Positions 53,593-64,000 of a stretch of DNA of 64,000 nucleotides are shown in pieces. Under the pieces are notes generated by a model. That model was not told the DNA's origin, searched no databases, and saw nothing but the letters and a program-made list of their open reading frames with translations. Position numbers and translations under genes: made by a program. Origin of the DNA: an uncultured Rhodothermales bacterium (GTDB taxonomy: Bacteria; Bacteroidota; Rhodothermia; Rhodothermales; VXPQ01); NCBI GenBank assembly GCA_964554105.1, contig CAZKNF010000006.1, positions 20,144 to 84,143 of the forward strand. The letters run 5' to 3'. Numbering within the stretch: the first letter of the stretch is position 1; each line of letters opens with the position of its first letter.

Positions 53593-54807
53593 TTACAGCA
53601 TCAAATTCTCGATTATGCCTGCCGCACCCATGCCGCCGCCCACGCACATCGTACAGATTCCGTAGCGTACCTCGCGGCGCTGCATCTCATGTATCAACGT
53701 GGCTGTCAGTTTGGCGCCCGTACATCCGAGCGGATGCCCGAGCGCAATAGCGCCACCATTTACGTTTACGATCTCCTCATCAATGCCCACTTCACGGATT
53801 ACCGCCAGTGCCTGGGCGGCGAATGCCTCGTTGAGCTCGACCAATCCAATATCATCCAAGGAGATATCTGCCTGTCGGATGGCTTTGCGGATGGCATCCA
53901 CGGGGCCGACGCCCATCAGCTCCGGTGGTACGCCTGCCAGTGCGAATGCGATAAGTCGTGCCATCGGCTGCACGTCAAGATCCTGCATCCGCCGCTCGCT
54001 CATCACCACCGTGGCTGCGGCACCGTCTGATCGCTGCGAGGCGTTTCCTGGAGTCACTGTGCCCCCTCTTCGAAAGACTGGCTTAAGGCCTGAAAGCGCC
54101 TCAAAACTCGTATCCGGCCGCGGACCCTCGTCAACCGAAAAGGTCGCCTGTCGCCGTTCAACACGGCCGTTCCCGGAATCTCCGGCACTCGCATATACGC
54201 TCTCGCCGATGTTCAGTGGGACGATCTCTTTTTCAAATCGGCCGCCCTGGATCGCATCCAGTGCTCGTTGATGCGACCGTAGAGCGAAATGGTCCTGATC
54301 CTCGCGCGATACGCCGTACTTTACGGCGACGTTCTCAGCCGTGATGCCCATCGACACGTAGACATTTATGTCCTCCTCCACAGTCATCGGGTCGGGCTGA
54401 AAGAAAAACCCGGTCATGGGCACCAGGCTCATCGATTCCGTTCCTCCTGCCACGACGATATCGCCGAATCCCGTCGCAATCGCTTGCGTGGCCATTGCGA
54501 TCGTCTGTAGACCGGATGAACAGAAGCGGTTAATTGTAGCACCCGGCACCTCCTGAGGAAGACCGGCTTTTTGCGCTATGATGCGGCCGACGTTCTGGCC
54601 CTGCGGTCCTTCCGGAAATGCGCAGCCGATGAGAACGTCGTCCACGCTTTCGGGCTTCAGTCCCGGAACGCGTCGAATCGCCTCGCGTACGGCGGCGGCG
54701 CCCATTTCCTCGGGTCGAAAATTGCGCAACGCTCCCCGATTGGCCTTACCGACGGCCGTTCTCACGCTGCTGACGATAAATGCTTTCTGCATGTGTTCTG
54801 TATCCAA
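53593..54807 (-). CDS. fadA: acetyl-CoA C-acyltransferase (3-ketoacyl-CoA thiolase)
   Basis: INRFCSSGLQ (active Cys), NEAFAAQ, NVNGGAIALGHPLGCTGA and CVGGGMG. The track start at 54807 is TTG and lies about 10 nt from GGGGAGGG. The ATG at 54792 (MQKAFIV) is an alternative. Confidence 0.92.
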   Translation of the reverse strand: MDTEHMQKAFIVSSVRTAVGKANRGALRNFRPEEMGAAAVREAIRRVPGLKPESVDDVLIGCAFPEGPQGQNVGRIIAQKAGLPQEVPGATINRFCSSGLQTIAMATQAIATGFGDIVVAGGTESMSLVPMTGFFFQPDPMTVEEDINVYVSMGITAENVAVKYGVSREDQDHFALRSHQRALDAIQGGRFEKEIVPLNIGESVYASAGDSGNGRVERRQATFSVDEGPRPDTSFEALSGLKPVFRRGGTVTPGNASQRSDGAAATVVMSERRMQDLDVQPMARLIAFALAGVPPELMGVGPVDAIRKAIRQADISLDDIGLVELNEAFAAQALAVIREVGIDEEIVNVNGGAIALGHPLGCTGAKLTATLIHEMQRREVRYGICTMCVGGGMGAAGIIENLML

Positions 54808-54900
54808 TCGTTCAGACCCTCCCCAAACGGCAGCGCGTCCCCTTCCTGCGAAGCCTCGTCACGTAGACCCGCTACGGCTCTCCCGCGCCCAAGCGAGGCA

Positions 54901-57315
54901 TCAATTCCGCAGCGGCTTTTTCGTCTTAAGCATATGATCGATACGTTCTCGCGTCTTGTCCTGTTGAAGAAGATCGAGGAAAACGTCGCGCTCTAATTCA
55001 AGAAGATAGTCTTCATGCACCTCGTTGGGTCCGTCGAGCGCACCGCCAGTCATGATGTATGCGAGCCGCATCGCAAGGTACGCGTCATATTCTGAAATGA
55101 ACTGTCCCTCCTGATATTGTTGGACGGAAATCGCAAATGCGGCGGCGGTAGGTCGACCGAGAACAGTAATGTGCTTCGCCGGTGGAGGCGGAATGTATCC
55201 CTGGCTTGAAAGCCGAAGCACCTCTTCTCGCGCGACGTGAATAAGCCGCCTATCATTCATTACGATATGCGCATGCGAAGCGAGGTATCCGAGCCGCTGC
55301 GCATCCGGTGCACTCGTCGAAACACCGGCCATTGCCACCGTTTCGAAAAATCTCTGCAGCCACGCCTGTATCTCGCTAGGATGGCGGTTCGGCGAGCGCT
55401 CTGACGCGAGGGCAGCGAGCCGTGTGGTCCCGGTTCCCGCCGGGATGAGTCCGACGCCCAGCTCAACCAGTCCGATGTAGCTCTCCGCAGCGGCTACCGG
55501 ATGCGAGCATGCCATCACCAACTCACATGCACCGCCCAGTGCGCGCTGGTGAACCGCCACGACAACAGGCTTGCGAGCATAACGTACGCGCTGTATGGTG
55601 TCCTGAAATTCTGCCAGATAGGCGCCGACCTCCGCACCAGCCCCGTCACGAATTCCAGCAGCCATTTCGACGAGATTAGCACCGACAGAAAAGTTCTTAC
55701 CTTCGTTGGCCACCACGAGGCCCCTTCTGGCGGGATCCTCTTCGACGCGGTCGACAGCGTAGCGAAGACCTTCCATCACTTCGCGACCGAGCGTATTCGC
55801 CTTCGACCTGAACTCGTACAAAGCTACGCCGTCTCCGAGATCGAGAAGCGCGGCTGCATCCGACGACCATAGCTCACCTTCCGGCGATGTCTTAATGACC
55901 TCAAGCGATATGTGATCGAGCGGCCTTGGGTCACCGACGTAATCTTCTTTTGCAGGCGCGTAGATCGTATGATGATGATTCTCGCGACCATAGAAGTGAT
56001 TATGCCCTGACGCGTACATAGACCTAATCCAGGCGGGCAGTTTCAAGGCGTTCGCCTCCATATCCTCGATCACTTTCCGGAATCCGAGGACATCCCAGAT
56101 CTGGAACGGACCCATCTCCCAGCCAAAGCCCCAACGGATGGCTCGGTCGACGTCGGCGGGGTTATCCGCAATCTCAGGAACGCGTCGTGCACTATATGCA
56201 AGCAGATCCAGAATTGTCTCCTTGAAGAATCTGCCTCCGCGTCCATCGTCCTCGTACAGTGCCCGCAGCCGAGCAGACAGGTCGCCCGCCCTGAAGATCT
56301 CTTCGATCCCCGACAGCCGCACCTCACCATCCTCCGTGTAGTCGACCGTTTCAGGGTCTAGAGACTTAATAGTTTTTCCTTCCTTCCGATAGAAGCCTTC
56401 GCCGGATTTTTGGCCCAGTGAGCCTCGTTCGACGAGTCGATTAAGAATTTCCGGTGTTCGGAATGCTTGACGAGCGTCGTCGTCCGGAACGGCATCATAG
56501 AGGTTGTCGGCGACATCTTTCATCACGTCGAGTCCGACGATATCTGCCGTCCGAAACGTTGCTGACTTCGGGCGGCCGGTCAGCGGTCCAGTAAGTAAAT
56601 CGATTTCCTTGATGGTGTAATCGCCTTGAAAAACTGCGCGCATAGCCTGCAGCATCGCATATACGCCGATTCGATTTCCAATAAAGTATGGCGTGTCCTT
56701 TGCGATCACGATACCTTTGCCGAGGTGAACGCGTCCAAAATGAGCAATTCGTTGTACGACCGACTCATCCGTATCGGGCGAAGGCACGAGTTCCAGCAGC
56801 TTCAGGTACCTGGGTGGATTAAAAAAGTGGGTGCCGAGAAAACGCCGGCGAAACGTATTCGATGTACCCTTGACGATATCGGCAATCGACAATCCGCTGG
56901 TATTTGTAGAGACGATGGCATCCGGGCTGATATGCCCTTCTATGCGCTCGATTAGATCACGTTTAACGTCGAGCCGCTCCACGACGGCTTCGATCACCCA
57001 TTCCGCCTCGGCCACTCGATCGAAGTCATCGTCGAAATTACCCGTCGTGATGCGCCGCGCCGCATCAGCGGTGAAGAACGGGTCTGGCTTACTCTCTCGT
57101 GCTCTGTTCAAACCTTTCGCAACGATCGCGTTCTTGTCACCGCCTTTTTGGGGCGCGATGTCTAGCAGGTGAACGTCCATGCCGGAGTTAGCGAGATGAG
57201 CTGCGATCTGCGCACCCATCGTCCCGGCGCCGAGAACGGTTGCCGTTCGAAAAGGAAGATGGGTGTGCGGCGCGTCGATCAACGCTGCTTCGGATAGCTG
57301 CCGAGTGGCTTCCAT
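54901..57315 (-). CDS. 3-hydroxyacyl-CoA dehydrogenase / enoyl-CoA hydratase fusion (HAD N-terminal, crotonase C-terminal; Bacillus FadN-like order)
   Basis: N-terminal Rossmann VLGAGTMGAQIAAHLANSG, FFNPPRYLKLLE and a HAD C-domain. The C-terminal crotonase fold shows GKNFSVGANL and ALGGACELVMAC. Confidence 0.9.
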   Translation of the reverse strand: MEATRQLSEAALIDAPHTHLPFRTATVLGAGTMGAQIAAHLANSGMDVHLLDIAPQKGGDKNAIVAKGLNRARESKPDPFFTADAARRITTGNFDDDFDRVAEAEWVIEAVVERLDVKRDLIERIEGHISPDAIVSTNTSGLSIADIVKGTSNTFRRRFLGTHFFNPPRYLKLLELVPSPDTDESVVQRIAHFGRVHLGKGIVIAKDTPYFIGNRIGVYAMLQAMRAVFQGDYTIKEIDLLTGPLTGRPKSATFRTADIVGLDVMKDVADNLYDAVPDDDARQAFRTPEILNRLVERGSLGQKSGEGFYRKEGKTIKSLDPETVDYTEDGEVRLSGIEEIFRAGDLSARLRALYEDDGRGGRFFKETILDLLAYSARRVPEIADNPADVDRAIRWGFGWEMGPFQIWDVLGFRKVIEDMEANALKLPAWIRSMYASGHNHFYGRENHHHTIYAPAKEDYVGDPRPLDHISLEVIKTSPEGELWSSDAAALLDLGDGVALYEFRSKANTLGREVMEGLRYAVDRVEEDPARRGLVVANEGKNFSVGANLVEMAAGIRDGAGAEVGAYLAEFQDTIQRVRYARKPVVVAVHQRALGGACELVMACSHPVAAAESYIGLVELGVGLIPAGTGTTRLAALASERSPNRHPSEIQAWLQRFFETVAMAGVSTSAPDAQRLGYLASHAHIVMNDRRLIHVAREEVLRLSSQGYIPPPPAKHITVLGRPTAAAFAISVQQYQEGQFISEYDAYLAMRLAYIMTGGALDGPNEVHEDYLLELERDVFLDLLQQDKTRERIDHMLKTKKPLRN

Positions 57316-57341
57316 AAATATGGCTCACAAGTTGATGTTGC

Positions 57342-59249
57342 TCAGTGTGGTGCGCGGTCCTCCTGGCGCTCAACGATGACGTACTCGTCTTCAGATCCAT
57401 CCGCATACATCGACTCAATCTCGTCCGCCAACGTATCCTGCACCTTGCTACGACGCACCTTCAGAGTAGGTGTCAACAGGCCATTCTCAGGTGTCAATGG
57501 ATGCATCACCAGTTTAAATCGCTTCACTCGAGACCACGGATCGATGCCATCGTTTGCCTCCTCTACGAACTGCTTGAATCGCTGCCTCACATCCTCATGC
57601 TTCAATAGATCCGCGGCGTCCCTCGTGCGGATGCCACGCGACCGTGCGTATGCCTCCAGTTTCTCTTTATCAGGAAAGACGAGTGCCGTCGGATATTTAT
57701 ATCCACTGCCGACAACAACCGCTTGCTCGACGAGCGGGTGAGCGGTCAGTCGATTTTCAATCGGCTGAGGCATCACATATTTCCCCGTCGAGAGCTTAAA
57801 GAGATCCTTTTTACGGTCGGTGATCCGCAGATGACCCTCCTCCGTGAAGTCTCCGATATCGCCGGTATGAAACCAGCCGTCAGCGTCGATGACCTCGGCC
57901 GTCCGCTCTTCATCTTTGTAATAGCCCTTCATGACCTGGGGACCACGGGTCAGAATTTCGCCGTCCTCCGCAATCTTGATTTCAACACCGGGGATCGGTT
58001 CGCCGACGGTTCCGGCGCGATTCCGTCCCGGGCGATTGAACGCAATCACGGGGCTTGTTTCGGTTAGCCCATAGCCTTGAAGCACGGTGACGCCAGCAGC
58101 GGCGAAAAGATTGGACAGTTTCGGGCTTAGCGCCGCTCCACCCGAGATGATGTATTTTACGCGTCCACCCAGCGCCTCTCTCCACTTCCTGAACATTAAC
58201 CTGTCGGCGAGTAGGAGTTTCATCCTCAAAATGGGCGACAACGTCCTTCCGATCTCATACTGTTCGCCGACAGAGAGCGCCCATTTCGCTATTCGTTGGC
58301 GCATGGGACTCATCCCGGATATTCGTTCTAGGATGGATCCGTAAACCTTCTCCAATACGCGTGGTACCGTGGAGAAAACGGTGGGTCGAACCTTCCGCAA
58401 ATCGTCCGCCAGCCGGTCGGGTGTCGAGAAGTACAGAGTAGTCCCGTGGTAAATGAATCCGTAATAGAGCGATCGAGCGAAAATATGTGTGAGCGGAAGA
58501 AATGAGATGACGACCTCGCCGTCGGGCCCCGGTGCATAATCGGGAAGTCCTGAGAACGCCGTCAGGGCGTTATGTGAGATGTTCTCGTGTGTCAGCATGA
58601 CGCCTTTTGGCCTACCGGTCGTGCCACTCGTATAGATGATCGTCGCGAGCTCGTCCGTGTCGACCTGATCCAATAGAATCCGGAGCATGGATCCGTCCTT
58701 CTCGGAATGGCGTCGGCCGATCTCTCGCACATCGGATAGCGCCCTGAGCGATATGTCATTTGGCAGTGGGTCCGGGTTGTCGTCGGGAGTCATTTCGGCA
58801 ACGATGACATGTTTCACGGTGGGGCAGTCCGCAAGCACGCCGCGTATTTCCTCGAGCCGACTCAATGTGGATACTGTGACCGTTTCGGCTTCGGAATGCT
58901 CGATTACATACCTGACCTGTTCAGGCGCGTGCGTCAGGTAGATCGGCACATCGATGAGGCCTGCTATCAAGCACGCCATATCGACGATGCAGAAATAAAC
59001 GTCGCTTTCCATGTACATAGCGACCCGGCCGCCTCGAGCCGCTCCGAGATCGATGAACCCGACGGCAGTATCCTCAGAGTAGCTCCGGAACTCTTCGAGT
59101 GAGACAGCTCGCCATTCCTCCTCCTCCGGCTGATTCAGGAGGCGCGGATTCTTGAAATGAAGGTCGGCTTCGTAGAGGATCTCAGGGAGGGTCCGCCCGA
59201 GATACGACGTGCCTGTGCCGGGTGGAGCGGTTTGGATGTGCTCGGCCAT
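57342..59249 (-). CDS. fadD: long-chain fatty acid-CoA ligase (AMP-forming)
   Basis: AMP-binding motif IIYTSGTTGRPKGVMLTHENI, plus GYGLTETSP, WFHTGDIG, ITDRKKDLFKLSTGKYV and TPTLKVRR. Confidence 0.88.
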   Translation of the reverse strand: MAEHIQTAPPGTGTSYLGRTLPEILYEADLHFKNPRLLNQPEEEEWRAVSLEEFRSYSEDTAVGFIDLGAARGGRVAMYMESDVYFCIVDMACLIAGLIDVPIYLTHAPEQVRYVIEHSEAETVTVSTLSRLEEIRGVLADCPTVKHVIVAEMTPDDNPDPLPNDISLRALSDVREIGRRHSEKDGSMLRILLDQVDTDELATIIYTSGTTGRPKGVMLTHENISHNALTAFSGLPDYAPGPDGEVVISFLPLTHIFARSLYYGFIYHGTTLYFSTPDRLADDLRKVRPTVFSTVPRVLEKVYGSILERISGMSPMRQRIAKWALSVGEQYEIGRTLSPILRMKLLLADRLMFRKWREALGGRVKYIISGGAALSPKLSNLFAAAGVTVLQGYGLTETSPVIAFNRPGRNRAGTVGEPIPGVEIKIAEDGEILTRGPQVMKGYYKDEERTAEVIDADGWFHTGDIGDFTEEGHLRITDRKKDLFKLSTGKYVMPQPIENRLTAHPLVEQAVVVGSGYKYPTALVFPDKEKLEAYARSRGIRTRDAADLLKHEDVRQRFKQFVEEANDGIDPWSRVKRFKLVMHPLTPENGLLTPTLKVRRSKVQDTLADEIESMYADGSEDEYVIVERQEDRAPH

Positions 59250-59331
59250 TTCTGAGAACGAATGACGTCTAATGCGCGCTCAACTAAAAACCTGCAAGAG
59301 ACGAGAGTGATCCTCGAGAGGTCTATCAATG

Positions 59332-59364
59332 AAAAGCCGACATCCGATCCAATCGAATGTCGGC
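59332..59364 (-). terminator. rho-independent terminator after the DUF4097 gene
   Basis: Stem GCCGACAT / ATGTCGGC (8 bp, 13-nt loop) followed on the minus strand by TTTTCATT. A second short hairpin, GTGGG-agg-CCCAC, lies just after the stop at about 59381-59393. Confidence 0.6.
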
Positions 59365-59400
59365 ACGCGCAACAGTCCTTGTGGGAGGCCCACCCTGAAA

Positions 59401-60345
59401 TCACATGTTCTTCAGTGAAACGTTCCCAACGCCCGCGCGAAGATGAAGGTCAGGCCCGCCCCCGTTTACGTTTCCCCTAAATCTCTTCGTCATCCATTTA
59501 CCTTCGACCTGAAGTGGGCAATCGCAGCTCGCCGACCCGACGCTTGCTTCAGCATCGACCTGAACGCCGACACTCGAACCAAGAAACACGGTCACGTTTC
59601 CAGCACCCGTGTGCAAGCGAGAATCGGAACGCGGCTGGCGAGTAATGGACGCTTCAATATTGCCGGCACCGGTATTAATTTCGACGTCGCCCCGAACGTC
59701 CCTCGCACGAACATTGCCGGCACCGGTGTTCGCTTCGACCCGCCCCAGCGCACCCATTATCGCAATATTTCCCGAACCGGACGAAACTGTCACCGGTCCG
59801 TCCACGGCACCAATCTCGATATTTCCGGCACCTGTCCGGCCCTGAACGTCACCCGTCACGTTACCGACGCCAACATTGCCGGCACCTGTAGAAAAGTCGA
59901 CATTGAATCGCTGCGGGACGTGAACTTTGAAGTGTACCTTAATTTCCGCTCCCGAGCCAAGACGGCTCCAAAACCCACCTGCGCTGGACAAACGGGATTC
60001 GATATGCACATTGTTGCTGCTTTCGTCCATAATCAGATCATGACGACGAAGGATCTGCTTCGCTTCCTCACGATCGTCGGATCGGACGGTCCTCTCGACC
60101 TCGATGAAAACCTCAGCGCCGGAATGAGGCATGATGTCGACGTTTCCGTGATCGACATCCAAAAATAGTGTACCGCCGGCGCTAACCTTGAACGACTTCT
60201 TGACCGTATCCTTGATATCGACCGTATTCTTGATATCCGCCGTATGACCGGCCGGGGCGCTCACAATACTAAACATCGACGCCGCAAGGAAGAGCACGGC
60301 GGCTCGAAAGATGTGTCGATTTCTCAAGCTATCTCGGTACTGCAT
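59401..60345 (-). CDS. DUF4097-like beta-helical repeat protein with signal peptide
   Basis: Signal IFRAAVLFLAASMFSIVSAPAGHTA. There are seven or more units of the T/S-G-A/S-G-N-I/V type (TGAGNVGVGNV, TGAGNIEIG, SGSGNIAIM, TGAGNVRAR, TGAGNIEAS, TGAGNVTVF, AGVGNVSLK). Confidence 0.75.
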   Translation of the reverse strand: MQYRDSLRNRHIFRAAVLFLAASMFSIVSAPAGHTADIKNTVDIKDTVKKSFKVSAGGTLFLDVDHGNVDIMPHSGAEVFIEVERTVRSDDREEAKQILRRHDLIMDESSNNVHIESRLSSAGGFWSRLGSGAEIKVHFKVHVPQRFNVDFSTGAGNVGVGNVTGDVQGRTGAGNIEIGAVDGPVTVSSGSGNIAIMGALGRVEANTGAGNVRARDVRGDVEINTGAGNIEASITRQPRSDSRLHTGAGNVTVFLGSSVGVQVDAEASVGSASCDCPLQVEGKWMTKRFRGNVNGGGPDLHLRAGVGNVSLKNM

Positions 60346-60551
60346 GGCTTCACTTGATATGAGTGGGGTATGATGGCCTACGAGAAATCTGACCCAGTGT
60401 TACAGTTTTCTCGTGTTTGCATCATGCATGAGATCAGGCCGAGACCAGTTGAACATCGATCTAGCGAGCCTACAGCTGCTACCGCTATTCAGGCGCAATG
60501 GCAGTCGGCTCATGTCTGGTTGGGAAACCGACGTGCAGGTAGGAAACAGCA

Positions 60552-60582
60552 AACCTCGACTGCACCTAGTGCAGTCGAGGTT
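60552..60582 (-). terminator. rho-independent terminator of rpoC
   Basis: Perfect 14-bp stem AACCTCGACTGCAC / GTGCAGTCGAGGTT with a 3-nt loop, 46 nt after the rpoC stop, followed on the minus strand by TTGCTGTTTCC. Confidence 0.7.
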
Positions 60583-60627
60583 CACATGAGTTCCTCCCTT
60601 CAACGACTTGCACGCGAAAGGTATAAC

Positions 60628-63600
60628 TTAACCTTCCGCTCCGACCTCTTTCGCCTCGCCGTCGGTCGTACCGTCGCCCGAGGCACCTGAAGGCACCTGT
60701 TCTCCGTCGCCCCCGAGTGCGGCCTGGAGCTCGGCCAACTCCTTCCGTGAGCCGACAACCATGTCGCGGAAGTGACGTTGTCCGGTTCCGGCCGGAATCG
60801 GATGCCCAACGATGACGTTTTCCTTCAGGCCATAGAGCGGATCGACTTCGGCCTTGATCGAGGCATTCGTCAGTACCTTCGTCGTCTCCTGGAAGGAGGC
60901 AGCGGAGATAAACGAATCAGTCGACAGAGCCGCCTGGGTTATGCCGAGAAGTATGGGCTCGGCGACGGCCGGCTCCGTGTCGCGGATTTCGACCTGCTGT
61001 CGGTCATTGCGCTTCAGCTCCGAATTGACTTCACGCAGGCGGCGGCGATCCACGATGTCACCGATCGCAAGCTCCGACTCACCCGGGTCCAGGACGACGA
61101 ATCGATCGTAGAGTTGGTCGTTCATCTCTTCCAGCACGAAACGGTCAACGGTATCGTCCTCGAGAAGGGTGGTGTCGCCCGGATCCGTTACGCGCACCTT
61201 CTGCATCATCTGGCGAACGATGACCTCGATATGCTTATCGTTGATCGTTACACCTTGCAGGCGGTACACTTCCTGGATCTCGTTCACGAGGTACTCCTGC
61301 ACGGCACGAGGACCCTTGATTGCAAGAATGTCCTGCGGTGCAACCTGTCCGTCCGAAAGCGGCTCGCCTGCGCGAACGAAGTCGTTCTCATGCACCAGCA
61401 AGTGCTTCGACAGCGAAACCAGGTATGTGCGGCTTTCTGATCCATCTCGAGAAGTCACGACGACCTCTTGCGATCCACGCTTTCGGCCGCCGAAGCTAAC
61501 GACGCCGTCGATCTCGGATACGACTGCCGGATCGGAAGGCGTCCGCGCTTCGAAGAGCTCTGTCACACGCGGCAGACCGCCCGTGATGTCGCGGGTTTTT
61601 GCAGACTGGCGCGGTATCTTGGCGAGGACCTGCCCTGCCTGGATCACGTCGCCTGCATCTACCTGGATGCGAGCACGCACCGGGAGCGGATATTCGCGAG
61701 CTGCGCCCTGGTCGCTGTTCACCAGGACGGCAGGCGTAAGCGAACGCTCGCGAGTCTCGGTGATGACCTTCTCCTTATGGCCGGTCTGCTCGTCCGTTTC
61801 CTCGCGGAACGTCGTGCCTTCGATGATGTCCTGAAAGCCGACCTCTCCGCTGATTTCGGAGATGATAACACTGTTGTAGGGATCCCAGCTGGCGAGGATC
61901 TCACCTTTCTCCAGTTCATCTCCTTCGCGGACGAGCACTTCAGCTCCGTACGGAATGACGTAGGCGATGAGCTGACGCCCCTCCTCCTCAGAATCGGTGA
62001 TCCTTATTTCGCCCTGACGAGCCAATACGACCTCTTTGATGCCGTCCTCGTCCTCAAGCGCAACCGTACGAAGATTCTCGAAGACCGCCTTCCCGGCAAA
62101 CTTCGTCTGAATCGTACTTTCAGCCGATATGCGACTGGCGGTGCCACCGATATGGAAGGTACGAAGCGTAAGCTGCGTCCCCGGCTCACCGATCGACTGC
62201 GCTGCAATAACGCCGACAGCTTCGCCCGATTCGACCAGACGACCGTTGGCGAGGTTGCGTCCGTAACAGAACGAGCAAATGCCGCGGCGAGACTCGCACG
62301 TGAGCGCGGACCGAATCTCGACCTCCTCAATAGAGGTCTCAGAAATCATCCGTGCCCTCTCCTCGTCTATCGTTTCGTTGGCCGTCACGATCAATTCATC
62401 CGAGAGCGGATCGCGCACGTCGTGAACCGACACTCGCCCGAGGATACGGTCCGCCAGAGGCTCGACGACCTCTTCATTATCTTTCAACGCCGAAATCCGA
62501 ATCCCGCGGAGCGTACCGCAATCGACTTGCGTGGTGGTAACATCCTGAGAGACGTCTACGAGGCGGCGAGTAAGATATCCAGCGTCGGCCGTTTTAAGCG
62601 CTGTATCTGCCAGACCTTTTCGAGCACCGTGCGTAGAGATGAAATACTCGAGCACAGAGAGACCTTCCTTGAAGTTCGAGATAATCGGATTCTCGATAAT
62701 CTCACCCGCGGATCCGACGAGGCTCTTTTGCGGCTTAGCCATGAGACCGCGCATCCCGCCAAGCTGACGGATCTGTTCTTTGGAACCACGCGCTCCGGAG
62801 TCGGCCATCATATAAATGGCGTTGAATCCTTCCTTGTGGTTCTTCAGTGTCTCGAACAGCGTTTCAGAGACACGGTTGTTGGTCTTCGTCCAGATGTCAA
62901 TGACCTGGTTATAGCGTTCGTTGTCCGTGATGAAGCCCAATTCGTAGTTACCGCGTGCGCGGTCAACCTCTTTCTGAGCGTCACCGATGAATGTTTGCTT
63001 TGAGTCGGGCACGATGATGTCGGCCAGCGAAAACGTCAGGCCTGCCGTCGTGGCACGTTCAAAACCGGTCTCCTTGATATCATCGAGGAAACGTGCTGTC
63101 CTGGCAAAACCCGTCGCCTTGAGAACGCGCGCGATGATGGGTCGGAGATTCTTTTTTGTCAGAACTTCGTTGATGAAGCCTACTTCTTCAGGCACGATCT
63201 CATTAAAGAGCACACGTCCAACGGTCGTTTCGACGACCTTCCCACTCGGGATTTTGACGCTAATCTTCGCGTGCAGATCGATCTGCTCCTGGTCATAGGC
63301 ATGTCGGACCTCGTTCATTGAGGAAAACCGCCGGCCTTCACCCCTCTGCCCTGATCTCATCTTGGTCAGATAGTACAGTCCGAGGACCATGTCCTGCGTC
63401 GGAACCGCGATGGGACCTCCGTGTGCGGGACTCAGGATATTGTGGCTCGAGAGCATCAGAATCCACGCTTCGAGACAAGCATCGTGGCTCAGCGGAACGT
63501 GGACAGCCATCTGGTCGCCGTCGAAGTCGGCATTGAATGCCGTACAGACGAGCGGATGGAGCCGGATGGCTTTGCCCTCGATCAGAACGGGCTGAAACGC

Positions 63601-64000
63601 CTGAATTCCGAGTCGGTGTAGGGTCGGAGCACGGTTCAGTAATACGGGGCGACCGTCGATTACCTTCTCCAGAATATCCCACACATCAGCAGTGCGACGA
63701 TCTACAACTTTTTTGGCGCTCTTCACGGTCTTCACGATGCCGCGCTCTATAAGCTTGCGGATCACGAACGGCTTAAAGAGTTCGACAGCCATCTCCTTCG
63801 GAAGCCCACACTGATGCAAGTCAAGCTCCGGGCCCACGACGATAACCGAACGGCCGGAATAGTCGACTCGCTTGCCCAGCAGGTTCTGCCGAAAGCGTCC
63901 CTGCTTTCCCTTCAGCATGTCGCTGAGGGACTTGAGCGCACGATTCGAGTCGCTGCGGACCGCGTTAGCCTTTCGGCTGTTGTCGAAGAGTGAATCGACC
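60628..64000 (-). CDS. rpoC: DNA-directed RNA polymerase subunit beta-prime; N-terminal third lies outside the window
   Basis: [28 protein letters not shown], the catalytic [12 protein letters not shown], and trigger-loop and C-terminal regions. The frame stays open upstream of the track Met at 63918 ([28 protein letters not shown]) to the window end. Confidence 0.97.
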   Translation of the reverse strand, partial: VDSLFDNSRKANAVRSDSNRALKSLSDMLKGKQGRFRQNLLGKRVDYSGRSVIVVGPELDLHQCGLPKEMAVELFKPFVIRKLIERGIVKTVKSAKKVVDRRTADVWDILEKVIDGRPVLLNRAPTLHRLGIQAFQPVLIEGKAIRLHPLVCTAFNADFDGDQMAVHVPLSHDACLEAWILMLSSHNILSPAHGGPIAVPTQDMVLGLYYLTKMRSGQRGEGRRFSSMNEVRHAYDQEQIDLHAKISVKIPSGKVVETTVGRVLFNEIVPEEVGFINEVLTKKNLRPIIARVLKATGFARTARFLDDIKETGFERATTAGLTFSLADIIVPDSKQTFIGDAQKEVDRARGNYELGFITDNERYNQVIDIWTKTNNRVSETLFETLKNHKEGFNAIYMMADSGARGSKEQIRQLGGMRGLMAKPQKSLVGSAGEIIENPIISNFKEGLSVLEYFISTHGARKGLADTALKTADAGYLTRRLVDVSQDVTTTQVDCGTLRGIRISALKDNEEVVEPLADRILGRVSVHDVRDPLSDELIVTANETIDEERARMISETSIEEVEIRSALTCESRRGICSFCYGRNLANGRLVESGEAVGVIAAQSIGEPGTQLTLRTFHIGGTASRISAESTIQTKFAGKAVFENLRTVALEDEDGIKEVVLARQGEIRITDSEEEGRQLIAYVIPYGAEVLVREGDELEKGEILASWDPYNSVIISEISGEVGFQDIIEGTTFREETDEQTGHKEKVITETRERSLTPAVLVNSDQGAAREYPLPVRARIQVDAGDVIQAGQVLAKIPRQSAKTRDITGGLPRVTELFEARTPSDPAVVSEIDGVVSFGGRKRGSQEVVVTSRDGSESRTYLVSLSKHLLVHENDFVRAGEPLSDGQVAPQDILAIKGPRAVQEYLVNEIQEVYRLQGVTINDKHIEVIVRQMMQKVRVTDPGDTTLLEDDTVDRFVLEEMNDQLYDRFVVLDPGESELAIGDIVDRRRLREVNSELKRNDRQQVEIRDTEPAVAEPILLGITQAALSTDSFISAASFQETTKVLTNASIKAEVDPLYGLKENVIVGHPIPAGTGQRHFRDMVVGSRKELAELQAALGGDGEQVPSGASGDGTTDGEAKEVGAEG

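Noticed and set aside
59590-59900. A periodic DNA repeat that at first glance resembles a short repeat array
   Set aside because: It lies entirely inside the DUF4097 ORF and encodes the TGAGN beta-helix rungs. The units are imperfect and contiguous, without unique spacers.
61468-63003. A 511-aa plus-strand ORF, along with 60772-61440 and 61169-61834
   Set aside because: They lie antisense to rpoC, whose identity is unambiguous. They are Arg/Leu/Asp-rich mirror-frame products. The same reasoning applies to 17845-18708 (antisense to dnaE), 10697-11476 (antisense to the plug-like gene), 8186-8968 and 7981-9012 (the SpmA-like locus), 59443-60168 (antisense to DUF4097), 41451-41999, 40634-41173, 19990-20532 and 33793-34314.
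1-64000. A search for mobile elements, defence islands (restriction-modification, CBASS, retrons, toxin-antitoxin pairs) and prophage genes
   Set aside because: No integrase, transposase, reverse transcriptase, nuclease-helicase pair or phage structural gene was recognisable in any frame. The window reads as core chromosome.

Overview
GC-rich, densely coding chromosomal segment with about 50 protein genes. By eye I found no rRNA, tRNA, CRISPR array, transposase or integrase, but I could not run tRNAscan or Infernal. Content is mostly housekeeping: rsmB, uvrC, dnaE, dnaG, ppk1, ppgK, dapD, deoC, hemY, a four-gene beta-oxidation operon (fadD, HAD/ECH fusion, thiolase, fadE) and the 3' two-thirds of rpoC. 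Lineage inference only: a type IX secretion plug-like lipoprotein, a Por-secretion-tail cargo protein, a histone H1/Hc1-like mini-protein and a DUF3078-like protein point to Bacteroidota in the broad sense. Clear AGGAGG ribosome-binding sites, high GC and many Asp/Glu-rich tails suggest a Rhodothermia/Salinibacter-like halophile. Loci worth a second look: (1) a form IV RuBisCO-like protein followed by a cupin, with a divergently transcribed SDR-fold protein that seems to lack the catalytic Tyr/Lys; (2) a predicted periplasmic redox module made of a secreted unknown protein, a DUF1080-ThuA-PQQ sugar dehydrogenase triple fusion and an anchored cytochrome c; (3) a run of a polytopic membrane HExxH/TPR protein, a T9SS plug-like lipoprotein and a CBM48 mini-protein; (4) a membrane-anchored, very divergent lytic-transglycosylase-like protein; (5) an amino-acid-kinase-fold protein with its catalytic motifs replaced; (6) an untracked 57-aa histone-like gene. 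All calls rest on by-eye motif recognition in the supplied translations, and start codons are often ambiguous. I cannot show that any locus is a previously undescribed system; the RLP-cupin-SDR cluster and the triple-fusion redox module are the best candidates.
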